Virus record (IMG/VR): IMGVR_UViG_3300034280_000607
Location: 5,338-69,337 of that record
Origin: a virus
Length of the DNA: 64,000 nt
Strand: one strand, 5' to 3'
Shown: piece by piece, positions 39,101 through 48,586 of the stretch
Numbering within the stretch: position 1 is the stretch's first letter
Layout of the letters: each line of letters begins with the position of its first letter
Translations under genes and position numbers: made by a program
Notes under the pieces: generated by a model
What the model was told of the DNA's origin: nothing
Seen by the model: only the letters and a program-made list of their open reading frames with translations
The model's database searches: none

Positions 39101-39760
39101 ATCTGTTAACTTATCTAAAAATCTTTTTTTAATATCACCTTCAGCTCCTAAATCTCCAAATCCTTCTCCAAGATTATAATATTTATTTCCACCACGTTGT
39201 GTGTATATTCCTAAATCATCTACCCCTTTGTTTGCCAAAGAATTGTATTTCAAAGAATTCTTTAAAGCTGTATTCTCTAAAGCATATTTACCTGCGGTTT
39301 TTAATCCTTTACCAACAAGCCCTGCTCCAGAAACAAGCATTTCAGCTTCAAATCCAGGAACAACAATATTATCCCATGTTCTTGCAGCTAGCTTACTATC
39401 TGCCATATCACCAAGAAGCCCTTGTGTATAATTACCTTGTTCATCAGAATATCCTCCATGCGTAGCTGCATATTGTTTAGCAAACTTATATCTTCTGGCT
39501 TCATCTAAATCTTTAACAGGAGTGTATTGAGAAACAGAGGGTTGACTTTCAATAATTCTTCTAGCCCTTTCTTGTTCTTGTCTTTTAGCTGTTGCTTCAG
39601 CTAAAACTCTTCTTTGAGGACTATCATTCATTCTAGCTATCTGAGGATAGTAAGATTGCATATCTCCTCTTGCTCTATTATTAGATTTGACTAATCCCAT
39701 CTGAGCTTTAGGAAGCATAGACATGTAAAACTGTTGTAATATAGAATCTGATCTTTTCAT
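36179..39760 (-). CDS. mosaic virion protein of mini-domains separated by xxGG linkers (includes a DUF3597-like domain)
   Basis: 1193 aa with about 11 [M/Y/W/N]xxGG motifs; SIVDYLNSMG...RKQIA...GIKNYIGTSDQN segment at about 37073-37213. Confidence 0.65.
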   Translation of the reverse strand: MKRSDSILQQFYMSMLPKAQMGLVKSNNRARGDMQSYYPQIARMNDSPQRRVLAEATAKRQEQERARRIIESQPSVSQYTPVKDLDEARRYKFAKQYAATHGGYSDEQGNYTQGLLGDMADSKLAARTWDNIVVPGFEAEMLVSGAGLVGKGLKTAGKYALENTALKNSLKYNSLANKGVDDLGIYTQRGGNKYYNLGEGFGDLGAEGDIKKRFLDKLTDDELKDYLSGLSYKQQREFYGLPRYDIDPRIRNEAKELIANSKDLYPIDGWFLNSDWKSFGNEMRGVMKNHGLDYKNQLDVEKFRKMFVDNELDNIYFDAQRNQIKFPDLAIHSSFKSFLSKNKNGGVIKDNRGQWAHPGKVTRISSPNITMQGVPYPVLGVGSNGEKQMMYPGQDYNFSGASYVDEYPIMKNGGEMIKRKDGSYSKRGLWDNIRANKGSGKKPTKEMLKQEHKIKSKEMKYGGTNNPGFEALPEYVQAKILSNMGYGGYYNPMMEEGGEPNGGMALGQMMAVSDKMNKLRQFISPDKNLDPWIASKLAVMDDSADAITNYMMYNPEAQGDGEEMEEEDMEDMMANGGYVVTRSNDRKGKTHKVTGPDGTVKYFGDSKLGQHPKDPKRKAAFYARHKKNLENNPFFRAFARKTWQEGGLVEMQKGGNKALVDNTYVASKPISAFYPGSDYPSSEEQLWNIIKSSPKLMWDKLNVDMPAYVYSKIARAGEKIGLTPNSELFPTYGNQSLTGAQLELQRLDEYQKDRWKKIRKGEYKKGGSTFSGNAFYQNGGQPQLEDYPDYNSWRQALLAYQQSGVDNMDLYTSDPSLSELYPAPQSFQGRPLDVRLPVQEKPSKKSNNYKGVSIVDYLNSMGLASDFNTRKQIASEKGIKNYIGTSDQNMQLLSMLSSKPYTKEFKSFPSKKSRSSSANPSVNPSDKEANNDFFTYATNVYKSANPNANMIVDKADDYKPNMFEVMQNKLNTGAYGSDAAAMSLRDNPNNPLGAIGAWAFNNLIAEPALAFASSSGKILTGKGDARDALITGASMIPYANRLVNKLPAFGRLIRMKSLNPMSRNIGNPMFEELTLENLFSGANKFMPSVRKVAAQYKYDMNKLAQAAKTDKKLAKLLQDAAEEEEIIMGIGTKMKPGTTMPWNKFNKRAQANINDLYERSNYQTGGLVNGAEMEVTPEQAEMLRQQGYEFEII

Positions 39761-42700
39761 TACCTCTGACTAAGTTGTATTTTCTGATTAGATATTTTAA
39801 ATAACATCTTTACATCATCACTCTTAAACTTTCTTAAAAACACTTTGTTTAAATTATGACGAAACTTCTTACGCTCTAATGGTGATTTTTGATAGTTTAC
39901 ATAAGCTGGATTGATTTTAAATTTATATCCATTAGATTCTGTAATGAACATTGGGATGTTTGTACTTGTAGTAAACTCTCCTCTATCTTTAGTAATATCC
40001 CAAAACTGATTAAACCGATATTTCTGTTCTTCTTTAGAATAGTTTATTCCTATAGACTGAGGTCTTATCTGAGGATAACTAAGCATTGCCACAGGGTTAG
40101 CTTTATTCTTAAGCTCTAGTTCTAAAAGTCCAGATACCTGTTCTGAGTTATAGACAATAGCCTGATCAAAATTTGCATCTAATACATGAAACTTATCTCT
40201 ACAATCATTGTGCATCTTGTAAGCTTCTAATATGTATTCTATGTTTCTCATAGATACAACTTGCTGACCGCTAGCTGATACAAATTCTATTTCAAAAGGA
40301 TAGTCTACACCATAGTAGTTAGAATACTTATCACACCTTATATTATGTTTCCAAATAGAGTTTTGGTTAACACTCATAAAATGAGCTTTACCAGGAATTA
40401 AAAAACTAGGTATCCAGTCATGAAAACTTATCCATGTTTGACTTTTAGGATCATAAGACATGGTCCAACTAGCATCTTCAAAATATGCAGTGTTAGTCAA
40501 AGGAATATAAACCTTACCATTAGAAGCACTCACTTCATAAAAACCTTTAGAGTCAAACAATAAGTTAGTCTTTAAAGGTTTATAATCTTTTTTGCTTACG
40601 TATATAATCTCATTAGTGTTATCATATATCATTTGTACACCTACAGCAATAACAGGATTATCAGCAAAAGGATAATCAGGATAAATTCTTAATAGTTCAC
40701 TTGGTAAATATTTAGCAAACCACCATTTAAGACCATCTCTTGATATTTCTTTAATTTGCCCTGCATACTGAAATATCTTACCTTGGTTTTGACTCACCCA
40801 GAAAACACCATGTGTACAACCTAATGTAGCAAGTTTATTTTGACAAGAACCATATTCATATGATTCATCTGAGTTAGTAATACTTTGTAAAGGTTGATTA
40901 AATAATCCACCATCTCCCACTGTAATTTTAGTACCAGCATCTGTCTGAAGTTGATCCACACCTAGAAATTGTAATGGACTTTGTCTAGACATCATAAACA
41001 GTGCCCCTGTCTTATTAATATTTTTAATAGATGTAATAGGTGAACCAAAATCTTTATAATTATTAGCTAAAAATACTCTCCAATTATCCTTAACTCCTTC
41101 AAGTTGTTGTGGAAGTGAGTATGCTACCCTAGTAGGATAGTAGGTAAAACATGTAGAAAACTTCTTAGGATCATAATATCTTGGAAGTAAATTACCGTAA
41201 GAAACATATTGATTAAATATTTTACTAACACTTAAAGAATAATCATACTTATAAAAGTTTCTACTCTTAATTATATCTGATCTAAAAAGAGATTTATAGT
41301 CAGAATAATTATAAGGATCATAGTGACGTTTTTCAACAAGTTCTTCCCAGTCTCTGAAAGCAAGATTCACTTCACTTTCTACAAAAAAATCTCTAACACC
41401 TGAATTAAATAAATAGAAATAACCTTTGCTAACAAAAAAAGTAGAACTATCTCTTTCATCTAAATGTCTATTATTACTCATATTACCAAATAACTTATAA
41501 GAAGGTCTCTCGGAATTTATCCAAAACCTAGGATAAGCTATGTTGATATAATTTCTATAATCATGTTCTGTTTCATCTGGCTCACCCATAAGCCAAGAGT
41601 TAAAAAAGAAAAATGAGTTCTTTTCTGTAAATCTGTTTATGTAAGTATCTCCATTAAATAAAACACTTGTTGACTGACTTTTTGCATCAGAAATAATAGA
41701 ATGTACACATGCGGAAACAGGAACTTGTTTTATCTGATCCAGTTGACCATATTGAGAAGAAAAAACAACTTTAATTGCACCATAGTGTCCAGATATTGTT
41801 GATTCTACTTCTTTATTTATTTTTTTACCGGGTACAGCAGAAAGTCTAAATCTTGAGTTGTCTATACTAATGGGATTATTCTTATCTCTTTCAATTTGAA
41901 TAGCTACATAACCTGATCTAAAAACATTATTTATATTATAATTTGAATTAAAGGACTGTATGTTAGAATCAACATAACTAGAATCATCTATACGAAATCT
42001 ACGGTCTCCTTCGTTTGTTATAATAGATTTATTATAATGTCCATGTGAATCATATTGTAAAGCATTCTGTCTTTTAGGAACCATTCCATAAATAACATTT
42101 AACATCTGTTCACCAACAGCTGTTGCTTCAACATAAGACATTGCAACACTAACTGTCAAATTATATGTTCCAATAATACTATTAGTTATAGCGATAACAG
42201 GATTGGGAACACTTGCACCTGAACCAAAAAGAGAAAAAGATACAGGATGATTGGTCATTTTAGCAAGTGTAAGTTGCTTTTCATAATTAAGCTTATCTGT
42301 TTTACCAAGTGTAATATTACCATTGTTTGCAATAGCAGATAGAACATTTCCAATAGAACTAATAACAGCAATAACACTAGAAAATATACCAGAAAAGTTA
42401 GTTAACGTTTTAAACTTTGGATGCTTATAAGGCTCAGAAAAAAGACCTCTAGACTTTCCGTAAATTTCTTGATATACCTTTAATTCAGACACACCTAAAA
42501 AAGGTCTAGTAAATGTAGTGTCAGGACTATGAAAAGATAGATGATCTTTTTTATATAATGTTAAAGGATATGCTAAATTAACACCATTTGAGTCACCACT
42601 TCTTCTAAGATCTTTACGAGCTGCTCTTAATTTTGCTTTTGCTTCTCTTCTTTGTCTACGTCTTAACTTTCTTTCTTGACGTCTACGCCTTCTTTCCGCT

Positions 42701-44568
42701 CTTTTACTATCATTGTCATCATCATCTTCTTCATCAAACTCATCTATTTCATCTATTTCATCATTATCCCTTTCTGCAGAGTCTAATAATTCATCTTGAG
42801 CATCATCACCAAGTGGGTTTACAACAGATCCTGCTTCAGGATCTATAATAGATAAATTACTTGTTAAGAAGGTATCAGCATCTAAATCATTATATGGATA
42901 GTTTTGATACAATCCTCTAGTACTACTTCCAGGTATATCATACTCTCTCAAGTTATTTAAAAGTCCTTTTGCAATAATACTTTTTTGACCTTCTCTACTT
43001 CCTCTTAGTATTTCATATCCCACTACAGAAGTTATAGGATTTCCAGATAGGTCTACAGGAATCTGTATATTACTAAATGATACACCTAATATTACAATAT
43101 TACTACCATCTGAGTTAAATATATTTAAAAGAGGAGAAACAGTTTCATCAGGCATTTTATGATGTCTAATATTTTTCCCGCAAAGACTATCCCAAATATC
43201 CGGTTTATTATCAGGATATTTTTCAGTGCTTTCCCAATATGCCATATTACCTGATGCTATAACTACACCACCATCTGAAAGTGTAGGTCCACCTATATTT
43301 TCAAGAGTGGCTGTATTTTGAACTTGCCATCTTTGCTTTTGTACACCATCTTTAGACTCATAAGCATCACTACTAAGATCTAATACTAGATCAGAAGCTA
43401 AAGCCTGTCTACCAGGTATATGATATGAGTCAGAACGTTCACCAGTATTATACACCCATCTTATAAAAAATGAATACTGTTCATCTCTTAAATAACCGGT
43501 GTTATTTCCTCCCTTGTAGTAATACTGTGCAGGATATTGTACAGCATTCCACTGCACTTTAATGTTATTAGCTAAAGGTTGATAATTAAATTTATACTTA
43601 GATCTTGTACCCACCTTAAGTAGATAATCATTAACTGTATACATAGAGTCAGATCTTTCAATAGGATCTGTTCTTAATAGCACTTGATTCAAAGGAATAG
43701 TAATAAGTTCAGGTCCAATTGTGTCTATGTATATTTTTCCTTGATTACTAGAATAAATACCTATTTTTTTAGCTACTGTTTGCTGATTAATAATAGAAAT
43801 GATTACTAATTCAAACTCATCAAAATTTTGGTCTACAGAACTCACTTCTATTTCTAAAGATCCATTAAGATTTTCATGAGACCATATAGGCTGCACTTCA
43901 GTGGTTCCCATATAATCAGTAACTCGTACACCATTTATAGTGTAAGCAATAAGTGCTTGATAAGAACCATTTGCTAGTGTACCGCTGCCAACTCCTTTTT
44001 TTATATTCAAACAGGGTTGAGCTATAAGTGGAGAAAGTCTAAGCTTTTCACAATCAAGTTGTAAAGGTTGTAAATATGTTTTTATAGCACATCCATCTTC
44101 AATAGTTTCAATATATTTAAAAGGAGGATTGCCTATATCCATAAATCTGTCTGGATTTAGTGCATCAACCCAATATACAGGTCTATCACAATCAAATCTT
44201 TTACGAGAAGCACCTGTAATTAAATTAGACCTTTTGAATCCTAAACATGGGTCATTTACCACCTTTGTATAAGTACACTGACTTTCGTCAAATATTCCTA
44301 TTTCTGAATCAACATCATCAGTAGTAAAAACAACCCATTGATCATCAGTAAGATGAATACAACCTATTAGTGTATATGGAAGTGTTACACAGTACAAGTT
44401 AGCAGGCTCATTACCTATTACACCAAGCTGACCATCATGTGAGTTATTTACAGCATTGCGAGCATGTGTATACAACCCTTCTCCTACAAATGTTTCATTG
44501 TAGTCTTTCACCATACCTTTGCTAAAAGTATTAGTAATTATACCAGGGTTTTGTGATTGCTCAGCCAT
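39760..44568 (-). CDS. tail stabilisation/muzzle protein (P22 gp10-like)
   Basis: 1602 aa; N-terminal NTFSKGMVKD...NAVN and beta-propeller-like aromatic repeats (WTMSYDP..WISFHDW). It lies between the ring genes and the cargo genes. Confidence 0.75.
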   Translation of the reverse strand: MAEQSQNPGIITNTFSKGMVKDYNETFVGEGLYTHARNAVNNSHDGQLGVIGNEPANLYCVTLPYTLIGCIHLTDDQWVVFTTDDVDSEIGIFDESQCTYTKVVNDPCLGFKRSNLITGASRKRFDCDRPVYWVDALNPDRFMDIGNPPFKYIETIEDGCAIKTYLQPLQLDCEKLRLSPLIAQPCLNIKKGVGSGTLANGSYQALIAYTINGVRVTDYMGTTEVQPIWSHENLNGSLEIEVSSVDQNFDEFELVIISIINQQTVAKKIGIYSSNQGKIYIDTIGPELITIPLNQVLLRTDPIERSDSMYTVNDYLLKVGTRSKYKFNYQPLANNIKVQWNAVQYPAQYYYKGGNNTGYLRDEQYSFFIRWVYNTGERSDSYHIPGRQALASDLVLDLSSDAYESKDGVQKQRWQVQNTATLENIGGPTLSDGGVVIASGNMAYWESTEKYPDNKPDIWDSLCGKNIRHHKMPDETVSPLLNIFNSDGSNIVILGVSFSNIQIPVDLSGNPITSVVGYEILRGSREGQKSIIAKGLLNNLREYDIPGSSTRGLYQNYPYNDLDADTFLTSNLSIIDPEAGSVVNPLGDDAQDELLDSAERDNDEIDEIDEFDEEDDDDNDSKRAERRRRRQERKLRRRQRREAKAKLRAARKDLRRSGDSNGVNLAYPLTLYKKDHLSFHSPDTTFTRPFLGVSELKVYQEIYGKSRGLFSEPYKHPKFKTLTNFSGIFSSVIAVISSIGNVLSAIANNGNITLGKTDKLNYEKQLTLAKMTNHPVSFSLFGSGASVPNPVIAITNSIIGTYNLTVSVAMSYVEATAVGEQMLNVIYGMVPKRQNALQYDSHGHYNKSIITNEGDRRFRIDDSSYVDSNIQSFNSNYNINNVFRSGYVAIQIERDKNNPISIDNSRFRLSAVPGKKINKEVESTISGHYGAIKVVFSSQYGQLDQIKQVPVSACVHSIISDAKSQSTSVLFNGDTYINRFTEKNSFFFFNSWLMGEPDETEHDYRNYINIAYPRFWINSERPSYKLFGNMSNNRHLDERDSSTFFVSKGYFYLFNSGVRDFFVESEVNLAFRDWEELVEKRHYDPYNYSDYKSLFRSDIIKSRNFYKYDYSLSVSKIFNQYVSYGNLLPRYYDPKKFSTCFTYYPTRVAYSLPQQLEGVKDNWRVFLANNYKDFGSPITSIKNINKTGALFMMSRQSPLQFLGVDQLQTDAGTKITVGDGGLFNQPLQSITNSDESYEYGSCQNKLATLGCTHGVFWVSQNQGKIFQYAGQIKEISRDGLKWWFAKYLPSELLRIYPDYPFADNPVIAVGVQMIYDNTNEIIYVSKKDYKPLKTNLLFDSKGFYEVSASNGKVYIPLTNTAYFEDASWTMSYDPKSQTWISFHDWIPSFLIPGKAHFMSVNQNSIWKHNIRCDKYSNYYGVDYPFEIEFVSASGQQVVSMRNIEYILEAYKMHNDCRDKFHVLDANFDQAIVYNSEQVSGLLELELKNKANPVAMLSYPQIRPQSIGINYSKEEQKYRFNQFWDITKDRGEFTTSTNIPMFITESNGYKFKINPAYVNYQKSPLERKKFRHNLNKVFLRKFKSDDVKMLFKISNQKIQLSQR

Positions 44569-44920
44569 GTTTTACTACTAGCTTCTTTTTTTCTAAAAAT
44601 TTATATATCTCTCCAGTGAGATGACCATCTAACCAAGCTCGTGCTTCTTCATCTACTATGTCTCTATCTTCAGTAACTCTTACAGCAGCATGAAACACCT
44701 CATGAGCTATTGTATTATGGGTTAAATAAGACTTATTAAGAAGCAGATAATATCTAGATGCGTTTGGCATAATAACAGCACCCTCAGCTTCATCTTCAAA
44801 AACATCATTTATCTTATATTTTTTATACAGTTTTGCAGCTTCAGCAGATACACTGTCTACAACACTAACTACAATTTCACAACCGTAAGTATCCAATTTA
44901 ATAGTGGTAGTTATTTTCAT
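44561..44920 (-). CDS. small zincin-like metalloprotein (HExxH)
   Basis: TIAHEVFHAA followed by EEARAW (candidate third ligand E). Confidence 0.6.
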   Translation of the reverse strand: MKITTTIKLDTYGCEIVVSVVDSVSAEAAKLYKKYKINDVFEDEAEGAVIMPNASRYYLLLNKSYLTHNTIAHEVFHAAVRVTEDRDIVDEEARAWLDGHLTGEIYKFLEKKKLVVKHG

Positions 44921-44922
44921 AT

Positions 44923-45789
44923 TCAGAATCCCTCAGTACTTTTAAACATATTATAATATCTAGAATACTGTGCTTTTCTATTAGCTTGCCATAGTTTATA
45001 CATTTCTCCAAAGTCAGGAGTGTTCACTATAGTCAAAGCATTATTACGAGCAGCTCTTAACCGTTGTTCTATTAGTTGCATTTTCTGTGTTACATCTTCT
45101 CCATTCATGTATAAGTTTTCAAGAAGACGCTGCTTAAGTGCATATTCATAATATTCATTAATCATAGGATGATCTAACACTAGCAAGTTACCATCCTCAT
45201 CTTCTAATGCTCCTTGATAAGATATGAATAAATTACCTTCTTCTACATTAGTATATAAGAACTTATTTTTAATATACCCTGCGGGATGAGAATCATTTAT
45301 TGCATCTATTCTACCAGTTGATGTTGCAATACTAATAGGAGTGAATGTATCATACACTCTTGTTTCATACTTTCTTTTTTCAACCACCTGAACAAATATC
45401 TTCTCTCCGGTATTACACTCAACAGTGTATGTTTTTTCACAAGCACATTCTGGATCCGGTTCTCCACATTTAGAACAGTATGAACTATTTAGAATAACAT
45501 TTTCTGTTTCTCTTCCTGCTAATACAGGATTTGTAACACTATGTTTTCCACACAAATAAGCATAATTTAAAACATAAAAATCATCAGGGAGTTTTGTTTT
45601 ACTCTTCGTAATTTCTAAAACTTTTTCTTTAGTTCCATATATTCTAAGACCTAAGTCATAGTTAACTCTTTGAGCCACCTTAATAAGTTGACCGGGTTCA
45701 ATCATGCCCTCATTATTATAAGTGGCAAAATCAGTTGCCACCTCATTAAGAAGTTCATCAAATGTTCTATAAGAAAGTTCTGTTTTCAT
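44923..45789 (-). CDS. tail tubular/ring protein
   Basis: Motifs LPDDF and ISYQGALEDEDG.LLV.DHP...YEYA, plus position upstream of the muzzle gene; contains a Cys-rich insertion. Confidence 0.6.
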   Translation of the reverse strand: MKTELSYRTFDELLNEVATDFATYNNEGMIEPGQLIKVAQRVNYDLGLRIYGTKEKVLEITKSKTKLPDDFYVLNYAYLCGKHSVTNPVLAGRETENVILNSSYCSKCGEPDPECACEKTYTVECNTGEKIFVQVVEKRKYETRVYDTFTPISIATSTGRIDAINDSHPAGYIKNKFLYTNVEEGNLFISYQGALEDEDGNLLVLDHPMINEYYEYALKQRLLENLYMNGEDVTQKMQLIEQRLRAARNNALTIVNTPDFGEMYKLWQANRKAQYSRYYNMFKSTEGF

Positions 45790-46460
45790 CTACTAATATT
45801 TTGCTTATCTGCAGTTACATCTGATGGTAATTGAAGCATTCCTACAAGATCTTTAAATACATTATTTTCTATTTCACCAGATAAATAATCAGGAACATTA
45901 AAAGGTTGATCTGCTTTCTGAATACAAGAGTCTTGAGCACAAGTAAAATTAGATATATCATCTTCAAATATTCCCTCTATACGAACAGCATCCCATTCAA
46001 GATTGGGAAAGTATAGATAATCATTTAAATACCAATAGTATTTTGTTTTATTATACTTGAAGTTTTTACTTTTACTTATTGCTAAATATGTACTAGGATT
46101 GGTAATTTGAAGTTCTTCAGAACCATCTAAAGAAGTGACACTACGAATAAGTGGTCCGTAATATCCCTGCATAAACACAGGCATTACAAGTTTGCTTCTT
46201 TTAATAACACAATCAGAAGATACACCCGTACACCTAGCTTCAACCTTATCTACTTCTACAAGTTCAACAAAGTCCATTGTTTGAACAATACCAGAAAAAC
46301 CAAGAAGTTTGTTTTTACTATCTTCCCTTTTCATAAGCCACTTGCTATGCTTAAGTATAAAAGCATAGATAGCTCTGTCAGTCAAGAATGCATCTTGCCT
46401 AACAGCCTTGACCTGTGTGCGTATTCTTGATATAACACTTCCTATTGTTGTCCTTCCCAT
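45786..46460 (-). CDS. tail ring/adaptor structural protein
   Basis: Motifs YYWYLNDYLY and VRIEGIFED, plus synteny with crAss-like ring genes. Confidence 0.55.
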   Translation of the reverse strand: MGRTTIGSVISRIRTQVKAVRQDAFLTDRAIYAFILKHSKWLMKREDSKNKLLGFSGIVQTMDFVELVEVDKVEARCTGVSSDCVIKRSKLVMPVFMQGYYGPLIRSVTSLDGSEELQITNPSTYLAISKSKNFKYNKTKYYWYLNDYLYFPNLEWDAVRIEGIFEDDISNFTCAQDSCIQKADQPFNVPDYLSGEIENNVFKDLVGMLQLPSDVTADKQNISR

Positions 46461-47047
46461 GGATTTTCTAAATTAAACTCATTGTATTTCTGTAAAAACT
46501 CTTTAGTTAAATCTTCTTTGTAATGTCTAAACTTATGTTTTCTAAATATTCTGCTTATACGAACTAAATTATCCACCATTAAATACTTCTTCCATTCCTG
46601 GGGATAGGTTTTAGCCACTGTTCTTTTGAAATCTCTCACTCCGGTAAAACCCCACATCTCATGATGTTTAAACCGGTATTTAGTTTCATAATTAGTGTAG
46701 AATATTTTAGCAACGTATTGATCTGATTCCCAGTTTTGATTCTGAAGTTTCACTCCATAATTCTGAGATTTATAAAAATCTACATTACTCTTTTTACGTG
46801 GACAGGTACCTATAAAAATAAAACCGAGCTGCTCAGGCAACTCTACACCATCTCTTTCTGCTATTACTGTCTCCCAAATCTTTCCATTAAAAGAGCTAAT
46901 AATATTCTTAAATACGTCTAATTCAATACCAGAATACTTAGGGTTATCTTTTATAAACTGGTCATAGAAAGCAGTATTAGTAAAATTCAACTTCTTTGGT
47001 CTATACCTAGGAGCATTAAGATCTGGTTTTTTATATGGTTTGGTCAC
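46442..47047 (-). CDS. IHF/HU-like DNA-binding protein (crAss-type)
   Basis: IISSFN..IWETVI...GVELPEQLGFIFI HU-like core; basic protein; GTG start; position before the ring genes. Confidence 0.6.
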   Translation of the reverse strand: MTKPYKKPDLNAPRYRPKKLNFTNTAFYDQFIKDNPKYSGIELDVFKNIISSFNGKIWETVIAERDGVELPEQLGFIFIGTCPRKKSNVDFYKSQNYGVKLQNQNWESDQYVAKIFYTNYETKYRFKHHEMWGFTGVRDFKRTVAKTYPQEWKKYLMVDNLVRISRIFRKHKFRHYKEDLTKEFLQKYNEFNLENPWEGQQ

Positions 47048-47052
47048 AACGT

Positions 47053-47102
47053 TCTACATTAATAATTTACGTAAAAATCTCTACAGTTTAAAATTAAACC
47101 TA
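47053..47102 (-). promoter_or_regulatory. putative phage late-promoter element, copy 2
   Basis: 40/50 identical to 33257-33306. Confidence 0.6.
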
Positions 47103-47108
47103 ATAGGT

Positions 47109-48425
47109 TTAAGCAGTATATATAAACTCAGATACTTTGCCCTTAGAAAAATCATGAACTTCCATAATAGCTTGGCGTTTGGCACAAGTGAATTTATTAT
47201 GATAGTGCCAGTAGTCAGACTTAGAAAGACTAGGAAGTTGTTTTATAGCAAATCCGTGCACTTCATTTTCAGAGACATATTCCATTGTCTTTTTACGATG
47301 CCAGTGACCAGTGTAACAAGTGCGGAAGGTAGTAGAGCCCCATTCTTTAGGAAACTCTGTAGCATATACTAATGGAGTGTTCTTAGAACTAATGTCTCCA
47401 TGCTCAAAAGCAAAAAAGTTATCACCGTAAGTAATAACCTTTCTTTCTTCATATTCTGCATCAAATATAATATTAGAATCTGTACTAAAACATTTAGATA
47501 GGGCATGAGCCATATGATAGCTGCTAAGTCTATCATGATTACCAGGAAGATAAACTACATGAAGATTATTACAAAACTGCTTAATAAAGCTAATGCTCCA
47601 ATACAGAGAATCAAAAGCAACATTATAAGCTTCCTGGGCTCTTAAATCATTATCAACCGGTGTACCTTTTGTAGTGGAACCATTAAAGGTATCCATATTT
47701 AAAAGATCACCTCCAAATACATAGACTATTTTATCAAGTCTATGACTTTTATAAGCTCTTAAGACTAAATTACTTACAGCTTCTCGGAAGTCTTTAACTA
47801 CACCAAGGTTACCTTCTTTACCAAAGTGGAGGTCTTGAATACTCAAAACCCCCACTGTAGGTAAAACGAATGTGTCGTTTAAATGCACCTCTGCAACAGG
47901 TGTATAATTTGGTTGGAAGTTTTCAATAACTTCCTTCAGATAATCTTTTTCATCTAAAGTCTTTTGAGTGACCATGGCTGAAATAAGCCAGTGATCTTTT
48001 TTTTGCTTATTCCAATAGGAACTAAGCTTCCATTTATTAGTGTCTATCCGTAAAATTCTAATTATTTCTTCAGGACTTTTAGGTTCTGAAAATGCAACTC
48101 CTTTAATTTCAGCAGTGCACGCATCAAGATTTTCTTTAAACTCAATAACTTTTTCTTTTTGACTAGCCAATGCTTCTGCTAAACTATCTTCTAAATCAGA
48201 AATATACTCATTCTTAATTCCTTCATCATCAATGAGTTCTAGCATTCTTTTACTAGCAAGTTCTACAAGACTAGCATCTAGTTCTTTTTGTAGAAGATCT
48301 TTTGTTTGTAAAATTTGCTTTTTGATTTCTTGGTACTTTTGTAAAGAAATACCTAACTTTGTGGCACAGAACTCATCAGTTTTTTTCCATCTGAGAGACC
48401 CATACACCTGATTGATTAAAGACAT
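47109..48425 (-). CDS. calcineurin-like metallophosphoesterase with N-terminal HTH-like region
   Basis: Motifs DLHFG, GGDLLN, PGNHD, EHGD and GHWH. Confidence 0.85.
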   Translation of the reverse strand: MSLINQVYGSLRWKKTDEFCATKLGISLQKYQEIKKQILQTKDLLQKELDASLVELASKRMLELIDDEGIKNEYISDLEDSLAEALASQKEKVIEFKENLDACTAEIKGVAFSEPKSPEEIIRILRIDTNKWKLSSYWNKQKKDHWLISAMVTQKTLDEKDYLKEVIENFQPNYTPVAEVHLNDTFVLPTVGVLSIQDLHFGKEGNLGVVKDFREAVSNLVLRAYKSHRLDKIVYVFGGDLLNMDTFNGSTTKGTPVDNDLRAQEAYNVAFDSLYWSISFIKQFCNNLHVVYLPGNHDRLSSYHMAHALSKCFSTDSNIIFDAEYEERKVITYGDNFFAFEHGDISSKNTPLVYATEFPKEWGSTTFRTCYTGHWHRKKTMEYVSENEVHGFAIKQLPSLSKSDYWHYHNKFTCAKRQAIMEVHDFSKGKVSEFIYTA

Positions 48426-48586
48426 AATATAAGGATTTGGTATATGGTGTATAAAGTTAGATGATATTAAACATCTTCACTATATTTTATACACACGTTA
48501 TAAACATTTCTACAAAATTAAGGTCCCGGTGTAGAAACACTAGGACCTGTCATGTGGGTAAACCAACAAAACCACGGACTTATATT

